NCBI GenBank assembly: GCA_963796455.1 | Contig: CAWCLO010000010.1 | Span: 96,001-160,000, forward strand | DNA: 64,000 bases | Direction: 5' to 3' | DNA from: Candidatus Sulfomarinibacteraceae bacterium | GTDB taxonomy: Bacteria; Acidobacteriota; Thermoanaerobaculia; Thermoanaerobaculales; Sulfomarinibacteraceae | Shown here: one piece after another, positions 18,756 to 29,151 of the stretch | How positions within the stretch are numbered: the stretch's first letter is position 1 | Layout: each line of letters opens with the position of its first letter | Notes under the pieces: model-generated | Database searches by the model: none | Told to the model about the DNA's origin: nothing | Seen by the model: only the letters and a program-made list of their open reading frames with translations | Position numbers and translations under genes: made by a program

Positions 18756-20047
18756 ATGACCGGCCGGGACCTCCTTTTGGTCTTCGGCACCGTGCAGCGG
18801 GTGATGCGCGCCGAGAAGGCTGCGCGCGAGGTGGGACTCGATGTGGACGCCGTGCCGGCGCCGCGTTCGGTGAGTTCGCAATGTGGGGTGGTTCTCGAGG
18901 CGCGCTCCTCGGAAACTTCGGGGTTGAATACGGTCCTCGATGACCTCGGATTGCAACCGAAGACGGTCTATCGCGACGGTGGCACCGGTTGGACACCGAG
19001 CGCCCTCGACGCGGTGGTCGCCAAAGACCTCGTCAAATTGACCGCGGGCAGCGCCTATGGTGGGTGTGGCGCCAAACTTTCCAAGGGTTTGCTCGAAAAG
19101 ATCCTCTGTGGTCTGCCACGCCTCGTTTCCGACGATCTCCTGGTCGGTATCGAGTACGCCGATGACGCCGGGGTGGTCCGGGTCTCGGACGAGATCGCCA
19201 TCATCCACACCACCGATTTCTTTCCGCCGATGGTGGACGACCCGTACGCCTTCGGCCGCATCGCGGCGGTCAACGCCCTGTCCGATGTGTGGGCGATGGG
19301 TGGGACGGTCCTCGCCGCCATGAATCTGGTCAGCTTTCCCCTCTCGCAATACGATGGTGACACCCTGAAGGAGATTCTGCGCGGCGGTCTGTCGGCGCTC
19401 GAGGAAGCGGGCGGAGTGCTCGCTGGAGGCCATACGGTCGAGGGACAGGAGCTACTTTTTGGGCTCGCCGTCACCGGCACCGTGCACCCGGATCGGATCT
19501 GGCGCAACGCCGGTGCGCTGGCGGGCGATGTCCTGATCCTCACCAAGCCGCTCGGCACCGGAGTCATTACGACGGCGGCCAAGGCCGAGATGGTGGACGC
19601 CGCCCACCTGTCGACGGCCCTTCGATGGATGTCGACTCTCAACCGCGAGGCGGCCGAGGCGCTGCAGGATGCGGAACCGCATGCGGTCACCGATGTGACC
19701 GGTTTCGGTCTTGCCGGCCACGGCGCGGAGATGGCGGAGGCATCGGGTCTGGCCATCGAGATCGATCTCGGCGCGCTGCCTCTCCTGCCTGGTGCGTTGG
19801 AGGCCGCGGCGACAGGATTGGTTCCGGCCGGGGCCGGGAAGAACCGGACCAGCGTCGAGACGGTCCTCGAGATCGCCGAAGGTACCGACGAGCTCGGGTG
19901 GATCTTTGCTTCGACCCCCAGACTTCGGGTGGTCTGCTGGCGGCGGTGGCCCCCGAACACGCGGAGGCCGTCGTGCGGCGCCTCCCCGGAGCGGCCATCG
20001 TCGGCCGAGTGGTCAAGGGTGAGCCAGGGGCCATCAGGCTCGGATAA
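18756..20047 (+). CDS. selD: Selenide, water dikinase with N-terminal DUF3343-like domain; frameshift near 19896
   Basis: GGCGAK (Cys form), DDAGV, TDFFPP, NALSDVWAMG and TDVTGFGL. The conserved DPQTSGGLL lies in a shifted frame that ends at 20047. Confidence 0.9.
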
Positions 20048-20345
20048 CCACAGCCCATCGGCCCGCGATTTTGAGCACCGAGCCTCGCCACTAGCGACCA
20101 CGAGTAAGGCAGTGGCGAGTCGGAACTTGCTGGCAACGATGAGGTTTCAGGAGGCCACCGGAATGCACCCGGGGCCACTGTGTCAATTGAAAATCCCCGG
20201 TGTTCGACTCCGTGTCTCGGTGCCCTCTCGTGGCTTTGGCTATTTTCGGCACCGGTTCCTGGGCTCGCGCGCCAGGCATAAACTGCCGCCCCCTCCGAGC
20301 TGAAGGCGTTTGATCGTCATCCCGAGCGAGTGCAGCATGGAGGAT

Positions 20346-20413
20346 GTGCAGGCGAGACGCCTGCACCAAAAGACGCTTCGAGGCATTTCTGGTGCGGCCG
20401 TCTCGGCCGCACA
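20346..20413. repeat. REP-like palindromic pair (same family as 14160)
   Basis: GTGCAGGCGAGACGCCTGCACCA plus inverted variant TGGTGCGGCCGTCTCGGCCGCAC. Confidence 0.7.
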
Positions 20414-20435
20414 TTTTCTGTCCTCCCCGGTGCGG

Positions 20436-21203
20436 TCAAAAACCCTTCAAGCTGCGAAGGTGCTGCAGCAGGATCCCGGTGGCGACGGCGACGTTCAGGG
20501 ACTCGATCTCGCGGCTCATCGGAATGGTCACGGTGCCATCGGCAAGATCGATTGCTTCGGACGAGAGCCCGGGGCCTTCCGCCCCCAGGAGAATCAAACA
20601 GGGTTCGGTCGTTCGCCAACCATCGAGCGGACGGCCGCCCGCACCGGATGCCCAGACCTCGCCGCCCACCGTTCGCAGCCGTTCGACCGCTCCATCGGCC
20701 GAGACGCCCCGCTCCACAGGCAGGCGAAAGACCGAGCCGGCCGATCCTCGCACCGCGGCCGGACCAAAGGGGTCGGCGCAGTCGGGGGACAGCATCACCG
20801 TGGCTGCGCCAAGTCCGGCAGCCGCACGGACGATGGCGCCGAGGTTGCCGGGTTCCTGGACCCGTTCGAGCCACAGCCCGATCCCCCCGGAGGCATTCCA
20901 ACGCGGCAATTTCGGTTCCTGCGCCACCGCCAGAACGCCCTGTGGACTTCGGGTCGGAGCGATGTCCTTGAGGACGGAGCTTTCGACTTCGTAGACCTCG
21001 GCCGCGCGCTCGGCCCAGCCCACGATCTCGGCCTCATTCAGGAGATCCGTAGTGAGGTACAGCTCGCGAATCGGGATGCCCCAGCGAATCAGATCTGCCA
21101 CCAGCCGGCGGCCATCCACCACGACTTCACCATCGCGGCGCTGTTTGACCCGTTTTCTGAGATCCTTGACCCGGGAGCCGTGGCGTCCAATTGATTCAAT
21201 CAC
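20436..21203 (-). CDS. TrmH/SpoU family RNA 2'-O-methyltransferase
   Basis: EPGNLGAIVR, LGAEGPGLS and IPM...ESLNVAVA SPOUT motifs. Confidence 0.92.
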   Translation of the reverse strand: MIESIGRHGSRVKDLRKRVKQRRDGEVVVDGRRLVADLIRWGIPIRELYLTTDLLNEAEIVGWAERAAEVYEVESSVLKDIAPTRSPQGVLAVAQEPKLPRWNASGGIGLWLERVQEPGNLGAIVRAAAGLGAATVMLSPDCADPFGPAAVRGSAGSVFRLPVERGVSADGAVERLRTVGGEVWASGAGGRPLDGWRTTEPCLILLGAEGPGLSSEAIDLADGTVTIPMSREIESLNVAVATGILLQHLRSLKGF

Positions 21204-21475
21204 TTTGTTGTGGCCTTGTCTGTGTTCATGCCGACATCATACGTCCATCAAGCAATCGATGCTCGGCCAAGAGAAGCAACTGCCGACGCCTGATGCTCGA
21301 TACTCGATCGCCCACCTACCCGCAGCGCTTCGGATCAGCCGACTCTCTCCTGAAATCCATCGAGAAACGAGTATCCAGCATCGAGTATCGGATGGGCAGG
21401 TTGGCGTTAGTGGATTTTTTCACAATCATTTGAGATAATTCCTACCCCGTCGCAAAACGCGACGGCAGAAGGGAA

Positions 21476-22702
21476 GTGGCAGATATGAGCCTCTCCTTGA
21501 TCGCCAAATCCATTGGCGAATCGGCAACCCTCAAACTCAACGAAGTGGCTGCTGTCCTACGAGCAAAAGGTGATCCGGTGATCCACCTTGGCGGCGGCGA
21601 ACCAAAAGGCAAGGCCCCACTCGATGCGATCCTCGCGGCGACCTCGCTGCTGACCTCGGGTGAGGTTCGTTACACGCCACCGGATGGCATCCCGGCGCTC
21701 AAAAAGGCGATCATCCGCTATACCGAAGATTTCTACGGTTGGCGGCCGGCCCCTGAGAACGTGATGGCCGCCGGCGGCGCCAAACAGGCGATCATGTCGG
21801 CTCTACACGCCATCCTCGATCCCCAGGAGGAGGTCATCTTCCCGGCTCCCTATTGGGTTTCCTACCCGGAGATGGTCAAGCTGGTCGGAGCGGTGCCGGT
21901 GCCGGTGCTCCCCGAAGACGGGTCCTTCATTCCCCGCATTCAGGACATCGAGCAGGTGATCGGTTCGTACACCAAGGCCATCGTGCTCAACAGCCCGAAC
22001 AACCCGAGCGGGGCCGTCTATCCAGCGGATTTCGTCAAGGATGTGGTGGAGCTGTGCGAGAAACGCGGTCTGTATCTGATCATGGACGATATCTACCACC
22101 GCCTGATCTACGACGGACGCACCCCGGTCAACGCCTACGAATTCGCCAAAGACCACACCGACAACTCGAAGTTGATCATCATCAACGGGGTCTCGAAACA
22201 GTACGCAATGACCGGTTTCCGGATCGGCTGGGCGGTCGCCAACACCAACCTGATCAAGGTCATGACCAACATCCAGGGTCACGAGACTTCGGGTCCGTCG
22301 GCGGTCCTGCAGCATGCGGCGGTCGGCGCCATCAACGGCATCCAATCGTCGGTGGACAGCCTTCGCACCACGCTCGAGAACAATCGCAATGTGCTTGTCC
22401 AGGAACTCAACGCTTTTGAAGGTGTTCGCCTGGAAGAGCCCGGCGGCACCTTCTACTCCTTCCCGGACTTCAGCCACTACGACAAGGACTCGGTCCGTCT
22501 TTCGAAGTTCCTGCTCGATAAAGTCCAGGTCGTTACCGTGCCCGGTGCGGAATTCGGCATGGAAGGCCACCTCCGCCTGAGCTTCTGCGGCTCCATCAAA
22601 GACATCACAAAAGGCATCGAGCGCATCAAGTGGGCCCTCGATCCGAACTCCCCCAATGAGCTTTACATCGGTGAGCGCAAGCTGGTGAGGGACTGGTCAT
22701 GA
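21476..22702 (+). CDS. PLP-dependent class I aminotransferase (aspartate aminotransferase-like)
   Basis: NSPNNPSG, DDIY and SKQYAMTGFRIG. Overlaps the pckA start. Confidence 0.92.
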   Translation: MADMSLSLIAKSIGESATLKLNEVAAVLRAKGDPVIHLGGGEPKGKAPLDAILAATSLLTSGEVRYTPPDGIPALKKAIIRYTEDFYGWRPAPENVMAAGGAKQAIMSALHAILDPQEEVIFPAPYWVSYPEMVKLVGAVPVPVLPEDGSFIPRIQDIEQVIGSYTKAIVLNSPNNPSGAVYPADFVKDVVELCEKRGLYLIMDDIYHRLIYDGRTPVNAYEFAKDHTDNSKLIIINGVSKQYAMTGFRIGWAVANTNLIKVMTNIQGHETSGPSAVLQHAAVGAINGIQSSVDSLRTTLENNRNVLVQELNAFEGVRLEEPGGTFYSFPDFSHYDKDSVRLSKFLLDKVQVVTVPGAEFGMEGHLRLSFCGSIKDITKGIERIKWALDPNSPNELYIGERKLVRDWS

Positions 22703-24357
22703 GCAAGTATCTGAAATTCAAAACACCCGCCACCGACCAGGCCGGTGACCTCAAGAGCCGCTACGGGCTCGAAAACCACGGCCTCGTCCACCTCGATCGT
22801 GTCTATTGGAATCTGCCCGAGCCCGCCCTGTACGAGGAGGCCTCGTTCCGCCAGGAAGGGCGAATGGCCCACGGTGGTCCTCTGGTGGTCAACACCGGCA
22901 AGTGGTCGGCTCGAGCCGCGCAGGACAAATACGTCGTCCGCGAGCCATCGACCGAGGACACGATCTGGTGGGGCGAATACAACCGTCCCTATGCCGCCGA
23001 GAACTTCTCGTCGCTGGTGTCGCGCGTGCAGGCTTTTCTGCAGGACGAAGAGCTCTTTGTCCAGGACGCCTACGTGGGCGCCGACCCCGATTACCGGATG
23101 CCGATCCGGGTAATTACAGAATACGCCTGGCACTCCCTGTTCGCCCGCAATATGTTCATTCTCCCCAAGACCCAGGAGGAGTACCAGAACCACGTGCCCG
23201 AGTTCACGGTGATCGCCGCTCCGTCATTCAAGGTCGACCCGCGGATCGACGGCACCCGTTCGGACACGGCCATCATCCTCAGCTTTGCCGACCGCCTCGC
23301 GCTGATCTGCAACTCGCAGTACGGCGGCGAGATCAAGAAGAGCATGTTCACCGTCATGAACTACCTGCTGCCGAAGCAGGATGTTCTTTCGATGCACTGT
23401 TCGGCCAACGTCGGTGACGACGGCGACGTGGCGCTCTTCTTCGGTCTCTCAGGAACCGGAAAAACGACGCTCTCGGCGGATCCGAAAAGGCAGTTGATCG
23501 GTGATGACGAGCACGGCTGGTCGGACGACGGTGTCTTCAACTTCGAGGGCGGCTGTTACGCCAAGGTCATCCGGCTGTCGGCCGACAACGAGCCCGAGAT
23601 CTACGACACCACCCGCCGTTTCGGAACCATCCTTGAGAACGTGGTCCAGGACCCGACCTCGCGACGACTCGATCTCGACGACGATCGTTTCACCGAAAAC
23701 ACCCGCGCCGCGTACCCGCTCGAATTCATCCCCAACGTGGTGCCCGAGGGATCGGTCAAGTCGCACCCGAAGAACATCATTCTGCTGACCTGCGACGCCC
23801 AGGGGGTGTTGCCGCCGATCGCCAGGCTCGACCCCGAGCACGCGGTATACCACTTTATCTCCGGCTATACCTCGAAGATCGCCGGCACCGAGATCGGCCT
23901 CGGTATCGAGCCCGAGATCGCGTTTTCGGCATGTTTTGGCGCGCCGTTCATGGTCCACCACCCCTTCACCTATGCCGACCTGCTGCGCGCCAAGATGGAG
24001 AGACACGGCGCCACCTGCTGGCTGGTCAACACCGGTTGGGTCGGTGGCGGCTGGGGCGTTGGCAAGCGGATTTCGATCCGCCACACACGCAATCTGTTGA
24101 ACGCCGCCCTCGAGGGGATACTCGACAAGGTCGAGTTCCGCCAGGACAATATCTTCGGCTTCGAGGTTCCGCTGTCCTGTCCCGATGTGCCGGAGGAGGT
24201 GCTCGATCCCTCCACATCGTGGGGCAACAAGGATGAGTACTGGAAGCGCTATGACGCGCTGGCGGCTCGTTATGTGGAGAATTTCAAGCTCTATGCTGAC
24301 GGTTGTCCGGCGGAGGTCGCAGCAGCCGGTCCGAAGCGCTTGAAGACCGTGGGGTAG
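22699..24357 (+). CDS. pckA: Phosphoenolpyruvate carboxykinase (ATP)
   Basis: GLSGTGKTTLSAD, LIGDDEHGW, NFEGGCYAK and ENTRAAYP. Confidence 0.97.
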   Translation: MSKYLKFKTPATDQAGDLKSRYGLENHGLVHLDRVYWNLPEPALYEEASFRQEGRMAHGGPLVVNTGKWSARAAQDKYVVREPSTEDTIWWGEYNRPYAAENFSSLVSRVQAFLQDEELFVQDAYVGADPDYRMPIRVITEYAWHSLFARNMFILPKTQEEYQNHVPEFTVIAAPSFKVDPRIDGTRSDTAIILSFADRLALICNSQYGGEIKKSMFTVMNYLLPKQDVLSMHCSANVGDDGDVALFFGLSGTGKTTLSADPKRQLIGDDEHGWSDDGVFNFEGGCYAKVIRLSADNEPEIYDTTRRFGTILENVVQDPTSRRLDLDDDRFTENTRAAYPLEFIPNVVPEGSVKSHPKNIILLTCDAQGVLPPIARLDPEHAVYHFISGYTSKIAGTEIGLGIEPEIAFSACFGAPFMVHHPFTYADLLRAKMERHGATCWLVNTGWVGGGWGVGKRISIRHTRNLLNAALEGILDKVEFRQDNIFGFEVPLSCPDVPEEVLDPSTSWGNKDEYWKRYDALAARYVENFKLYADGCPAEVAAAGPKRLKTVG

Positions 24358-24650
24358 AGATCGGAATTCGGAGTTCGGAATCGGAATTCGGAGTTGTCAT
24401 CGCAGGGCTCTTTCTGATTTCATATCGCAATACTGCCCTTGACTTCGGGTGCCCAGGTCAGTGCTGTCCAAAACAAATCGTGATCTGAAGTTGCCCGGTT
24501 GACAACACGAAATTTACGTGTTGGATTTCGGCATTTCCGCTTCGTGGTTGCCCCGTGCCCGGGTCCGAATTGCAGCGGCACCGACAGTGTTCAGCGTCAG
24601 CGACAGAGGACAGCGGCGGCGGCAGCGATCAGGAGTCCAGTCGGCGAAAT

Positions 24651-24786
24651 GGCCACCTCCGGGTCGTTCAAAGGAAGGGGTAGCCGGTGGGCGGCCGATG
24701 TCAAGGACAGGCAGGGTGCAGGGCATCCTTGACATCGGCCACCACACCGGCTTGTGGGTAGGGGCATGAACGACCCGGAGGTGACC
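24651..24786 (+). promoter_or_regulatory. Long structured leader hairpin sequestering the GGAGGTG Shine-Dalgarno
   Basis: Nested stems 24651-24670/24767-24786 (19 of 20 bp), 24682-24689/24745-24752 and 24693-24707/24726-24740 (15 bp perfect). Confidence 0.75.
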
Positions 24787-25140
24787 ATGTCCAACGCCGC
24801 CACGAACACCAACCTCGTTGCCCACTCGAAAGCACTCGAAGCCGCAGGAATCGCGATCAATCTCGTGATGAGGGTTCCAGCTCCTCTGAAGTCGATAGCC
24901 GATCAGGTGATCCGTTCGGCAAGTTCAGTCCCTGCGAACCTGGCAGAAGGCCACGGCCGTTTCGGTAGAGACCGGTTGAACCACTGGAGAATCGCGTACG
25001 CCTCGGCGAAGGAGGTCGACAGCCACTTGGAGCTCCTCGCCCACGCCGGGGCGATCAGCCAGAATGGAGCCGGTGAAGCAATGAAGGCCTTCGATCAGGT
25101 CCGTGCGATGACATGGCGTTTACTCAACCCAAAGTCTTGA
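24787..25140 (+). CDS. Four-helix bundle protein (23S rRNA intervening-sequence protein / bAvd-like family)
   Basis: DQVIRSASSVPANLAEGHGR...IAYASAKE motif. Strong SD GGAGGTG upstream of ATG 24787. Confidence 0.88.
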   Translation: MSNAATNTNLVAHSKALEAAGIAINLVMRVPAPLKSIADQVIRSASSVPANLAEGHGRFGRDRLNHWRIAYASAKEVDSHLELLAHAGAISQNGAGEAMKAFDQVRAMTWRLLNPKS

Positions 25141-25303
25141 TTTCAGGGCTCCATGCCAGTCAAACGTGACGCTGACTCCTGTTCGCTGACGCTGAACACT
25201 GGTCGCCGTTCCCTGTCGCTGACGCTGATCGCGGCCACCGTCCCTGATCGCTGTCTGAGACTCTATCTTGGACAAGAGTGTGCTCAGGTCCAGGATTCGA
25301 TTC

Positions 25304-25392
25304 TGTCGCCCCTCCGGGGCTCGATATTGATTTTTTCATCTAATTCCTGGGGCTGACGCCCCAGGCTACTCTCTGTCGCCGCTTCGCGGCTC
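25304..25392. repeat. Second REP-like palindrome cluster (GCCCCTCCGGGGC / CCTGGGGCTGACGCCCCAGG / GCCGCTTCGCGGC)
   Basis: Three adjacent short GC-rich hairpins in the intergenic space. Confidence 0.55.
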
Positions 25393-25469
25393 ACAATCTC
25401 CATTTTTCTCTGTGCCTCTGTCTCTGAGGTTGTTTCGAAACGCCCCAGATCGAAATCGCCGGTCGAGGT

Positions 25470-26381
25470 CTATTTCTGGATCGGGAGGCGCTCGGTCGAG
25501 TAAGTCGGCTTCTCCTCGCGCGGTTTGGCGGCGCGATTGGCGGCGCGGGCCTGCATTTTGCGGACCCATTCCTCCGGCGGTTCCTGCGGCGCGAAAGAAA
25601 CAAAGAGCGCGACCCAGCAAAAGGCCGCCGCGAGCCACCCAACGACGATACCGAGCACCGCCCACGGCATATCGAGCGCCACTGGCAGGACCACAAGAAC
25701 CAGGGCCGGTAGCATCCACACCAAAAGGGGCAGCATCGAGCTCAGGGGATTTCGCAGGACGGCCCAGAGCCCCCTCGCCCAGGCGACCAGAGCCGATCTC
25801 CGACCCGATTCGCCCACCAACCACGCCGCGCGGAGGGTGGAGAGCCAACCCAGAAGCACGATCATGCCCATGCCGAACAGGCCGAGCGCCAACACGATGA
25901 GCTCCGATCGCGCGGAGTCGACGATCATCCGCAATTCCCTTACAGCGAGCCAGATCGAGAAAGCTCCAGCAATCGTCACCACATTGCCGACCGTCCACAA
26001 CCGGGCGTATCGCCACCACCAGACGACGCCGTGGCCGAGGATTTCGGAGAGCCGTACCTTGGCGGCGCCCGCGCCCAGCCACCAGCGCACGATTCCTCCG
26101 TGCCACAGGACCGACCACGCGAAGAGCAACAGGACCGCAAGCACAAGCGCGACGGCGATTGGTACTGCCACCGGGCGCAGCAGTTCGAAGAAAATCAACA
26201 GGGAGTCTCCGTCAGGGAGATCGTGGGAAGGGAAGTTGGACCGGGCCGGATTGGCGGCCGCGTGAATGATGACCTGCGCCGGTATCAGGGCCGCGATCGA
26301 CACCATCCAGACAGCGAAGACCACCTTGCGCAACCTGAACGCTAGACGCAGTCCGTCGACCGGGGAAGGGCGACCCGCCAT
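25470..26381 (-). CDS. Hypothetical multi-pass membrane protein
   Basis: Several hydrophobic helices. Directly downstream of the M1 peptidase. Confidence 0.7.
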   Translation of the reverse strand: MAGRPSPVDGLRLAFRLRKVVFAVWMVSIAALIPAQVIIHAAANPARSNFPSHDLPDGDSLLIFFELLRPVAVPIAVALVLAVLLLFAWSVLWHGGIVRWWLGAGAAKVRLSEILGHGVVWWWRYARLWTVGNVVTIAGAFSIWLAVRELRMIVDSARSELIVLALGLFGMGMIVLLGWLSTLRAAWLVGESGRRSALVAWARGLWAVLRNPLSSMLPLLVWMLPALVLVVLPVALDMPWAVLGIVVGWLAAAFCWVALFVSFAPQEPPEEWVRKMQARAANRAAKPREEKPTYSTERLPIQK

Positions 26382-26382
26382 C

Positions 26383-28419
26383 TCAGCTAAACCTTAAGAA
26401 GAGCCTGCCCAGGAGGCCGCCGATCTCGCGCATCCACCACAGTGGATGGTCGACGGCCCCAGGTTCAGCCCGCCAGTAATTGTCTGCTCGCTTGGTTTCA
26501 AGGGCCCACACACCGTCCGGATCCACCACCACCTGCAGCAATCGTTGCGGGCTTTCGAGCTGAAGACTCGCCCAACGATCCGCACCATCCCAAACCCTTC
26601 GTTCGGTCGATCCGTCGGCCCAGGTCAGTTCGAAAACCACCGGGCCGACAAAGTCGCCGCGGCGAACAAATCGCAGATCGATGGACCAATCGTCACCGTC
26701 GTCCCCGTCTCCGGTGGCCACATCCCAGGCCGATCCGTTCCAGTAGAATCCATCCACCAAAGGGGATCGGAAATGATCGACCGACATCACACCCCAATCC
26801 GGGGTGGAATCGGCAAAGACCGCCTGATCGAAGAACCAGCTCAGATCCTGACCGGCCGCCTCGCTCAGGACCGCTTGCAGATCCCGTCCCGTCGGGTGCT
26901 GAAAACGAAAGGTCGAAAAATAGTCTCGCATTCCGCGGGCCATCGCCTGCGGCCCGATCAGACCCTCGATCGTGCGCATCGCCACCGCCATCTTGCCGTA
27001 AGAAGCCAGGAAGTAGACCCACCGGTTTCGGTAGGACCACGACGAGCGGGCAATCGTGACGGGGATGTCGGGGATGGCCGGCGCGACCCGCATGGACGCC
27101 CAGACCGAATGAGGTCTGATCTCAGGCGCCAACCCATCATTCATGATGTCGCGGATGCACGAATTCTCGGCATAGGTCGTGACGCCCTCGTCCAACCAGC
27201 CCCGTTCGAATTCATTGGACGCCACCATCCCCTGGAAATACTGGTGGCCGAATTCGTGAGCGGTGACGCTTTCGATGTCAGGCGACCAGGAATAGGGTGG
27301 AAAGGCATCCAAACGATCGGCCCCGGTGGTGATAAAGGTCGGGTACTCCATGCCGCCCGCCTCTTCGGCGCCGTCGGGCGGCGACACGATGGTCAGCTGC
27401 GGATAGGGAAACGGTCCATAGTGGAGACCGAACCACGCCACCGAGAGCCTGGCCGCCCGAACCATTCTCGGCACCAATGCGCTCTGCGAACGCGGCACCA
27501 GGAAGCGCAGCCGCAGGGGCCGCAATTCGAGATCCGCGGAACTGACACCGAGCAACCTGCGAGCCCGTTCCAACCACACCATCGGCACATCCCGGCTCGG
27601 TTCGAAGTCCGTGACGAAGACCTCCATCAGATCGGGTGGTGCGGTGGACCACGCAAAGTCATGGACTCGATCAGCGCGGTAGCTGACAGTCCGGCTGCCA
27701 TCGCCCGCGACTCTGTTGCCGACCTCGATTCCGGTCGCACCGACGACCCAGTCCTCCGGGATGGTCATCTCCACCCTGTAGCTTCCGAAGTCGGCAAAAA
27801 ACTCCGACGAGGCGTGAAACTGGTGACAGTTCCAACCGGCTTCACCCTCGAAGACGGCGAGCTTGGGAAACCATTGCCCAACCAGATGGAACTCTCCGAC
27901 GAACCCGGTGCGGGCGATGATCCACGGCAGTTGCGCCTCGAACTCGATTTCCAGTTCAACCACCCCACCCGCACGAACGGCTTCGGGAAGCTGCACCCTC
28001 GCGACGGAGAAATCATCCGGATTGTCGTCATCCGGCCGCACGAACTCGAGGCCGGCGAGCAGATCAGTACCATCGGCGAGCCGGAGCGTGTCGATACGGG
28101 TCCAACCCCAACCATCTCCTCCCTGGCTGCGACCTCTCAAGGACCGCCAACCGAGTTCGCGCATGAAAGTGGTCCGCGAGCCCGCAAAAGCATTGAGATA
28201 GAGGTGGAAATAGAGTTCATCCGTCGCGACTCCGGAGGTATTGGTCCAGCGGATCCGCTCCACCCCGAGGATGCGGTGATTGACTTCATCGAGCACGACC
28301 TCGATGTCGTAGTTGGCTACTTCGAGTTCCACCGCCCGCATCGGGGCCGAAGTCGCAAGGATCGTGAGCAAGGCGACGATCGATGCAACGCGAAGCCGGT
28401 TGATCCGTAGAACCATCAT
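26383..28419 (-). CDS. M1 family zinc aminopeptidase, exported
   Basis: GGMEYP, HEFGH-x18-E (WLDEG) and a signal peptide. Start trimmed relative to the ORF track. Confidence 0.9.
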   Translation of the reverse strand: MMVLRINRLRVASIVALLTILATSAPMRAVELEVANYDIEVVLDEVNHRILGVERIRWTNTSGVATDELYFHLYLNAFAGSRTTFMRELGWRSLRGRSQGGDGWGWTRIDTLRLADGTDLLAGLEFVRPDDDNPDDFSVARVQLPEAVRAGGVVELEIEFEAQLPWIIARTGFVGEFHLVGQWFPKLAVFEGEAGWNCHQFHASSEFFADFGSYRVEMTIPEDWVVGATGIEVGNRVAGDGSRTVSYRADRVHDFAWSTAPPDLMEVFVTDFEPSRDVPMVWLERARRLLGVSSADLELRPLRLRFLVPRSQSALVPRMVRAARLSVAWFGLHYGPFPYPQLTIVSPPDGAEEAGGMEYPTFITTGADRLDAFPPYSWSPDIESVTAHEFGHQYFQGMVASNEFERGWLDEGVTTYAENSCIRDIMNDGLAPEIRPHSVWASMRVAPAIPDIPVTIARSSWSYRNRWVYFLASYGKMAVAMRTIEGLIGPQAMARGMRDYFSTFRFQHPTGRDLQAVLSEAAGQDLSWFFDQAVFADSTPDWGVMSVDHFRSPLVDGFYWNGSAWDVATGDGDDGDDWSIDLRFVRRGDFVGPVVFELTWADGSTERRVWDGADRWASLQLESPQRLLQVVVDPDGVWALETKRADNYWRAEPGAVDHPLWWMREIGGLLGRLFLRFS

Positions 28420-28489
28420 GAAAGTGTACCGGAATGGCGAAAGCTGGCATTTCTGGAGCAGAGCGTTTACATTGAGATCCGGACGGATC

Positions 28490-28921
28490 ATGCGACGACT
28501 TCTCATCCTCCTGTTGGTGTTGTCGGCCTCTATGGCGGCCGTCGCTGCAGATATCGACTTCCGGATCGGTATCGAGGATCTCTCCCTCGCCCCTCGGCCC
28601 GATGCACGCACCGAGGCGCGGCTGGCGCAGTGGAATGACCCCATGGGGCGGTTGATGTACCAATTCAATGCGCAGCAGTCGTGGCTGATGCGCGGCGGGA
28701 TGCCCGGCACCGATCGCGCAACGGGAGCGGTGGTCCGAGTCAAGGCCCAGAGTGGGGTCCCCATCCACCTCGTGGCGGCAAACGTCCAGGCCGGGATCGA
28801 CATCTCCAGCGATGAGATCGAGGTCATCGACTGGCCCTGGAAAGAGGAAGAGAGCCCGGCCGTGATGTCCTTGGAGAAGCAACTCTCGGTCCTCCTCGGT
28901 CAGCGGCTCAAGGCCGACTGA
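28490..28921 (+). CDS. Hypothetical exported protein
   Basis: MRR plus hydrophobic signal peptide, coding-like codon usage. Confidence 0.6.
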   Translation: MRRLLILLLVLSASMAAVAADIDFRIGIEDLSLAPRPDARTEARLAQWNDPMGRLMYQFNAQQSWLMRGGMPGTDRATGAVVRVKAQSGVPIHLVAANVQAGIDISSDEIEVIDWPWKEEESPAVMSLEKQLSVLLGQRLKAD

Positions 28922-29151
28922 GCCCCCCGCCTAGCAACTGAGGAGCCGCAGATCACGCAGGTGAACACAGATTCAGGACACGGAAACTCTGTGTTTTTTT
29001 GATCTCAGACGAGTTTGCACGAATGGGTCGTCCCGAACAATGAGTCCTGTATCAGAGCAGTCGGACGGGCAAGCCACGGCGCGGCCTGAATGGCGAAGCC
29101 AACGCGTGAAAATTCGAAATCCGAAACCCGAAATTGCCCCATGGAATCGTT

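Larger units (their letters stand above)
24467..25280 (+). mobile_element. Foldback element copy A carrying an intact four-helix-bundle gene
   Basis: Homologous end to end with 56315-57160 (inverted). Has a CAGCG-rich left arm, a CGCTG-rich right arm and a conserved 24-bp terminus. Confidence 0.7.

Noticed and set aside
19040..19080. Sec in the SelD active site
   Set aside because: The codon is TGT (Cys) in GGCGAK.
19900..20303. Extended SelD C-terminus given by the ORF track
   Set aside because: Product of the frameshift. The conserved DPQTSGGLL frame ends at 20047.
24467..25280. Diversity-generating retroelement (Avd-like gene)
   Set aside because: No reverse transcriptase and no TR/VR pair with adenine-specific mismatches was seen in the window.
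26446..28410. Long antisense ORFs (654 aa here; also 37357-39567 and 39880-41568)
   Set aside because: Shadow frames of real high-GC genes, with no recognisable motifs.
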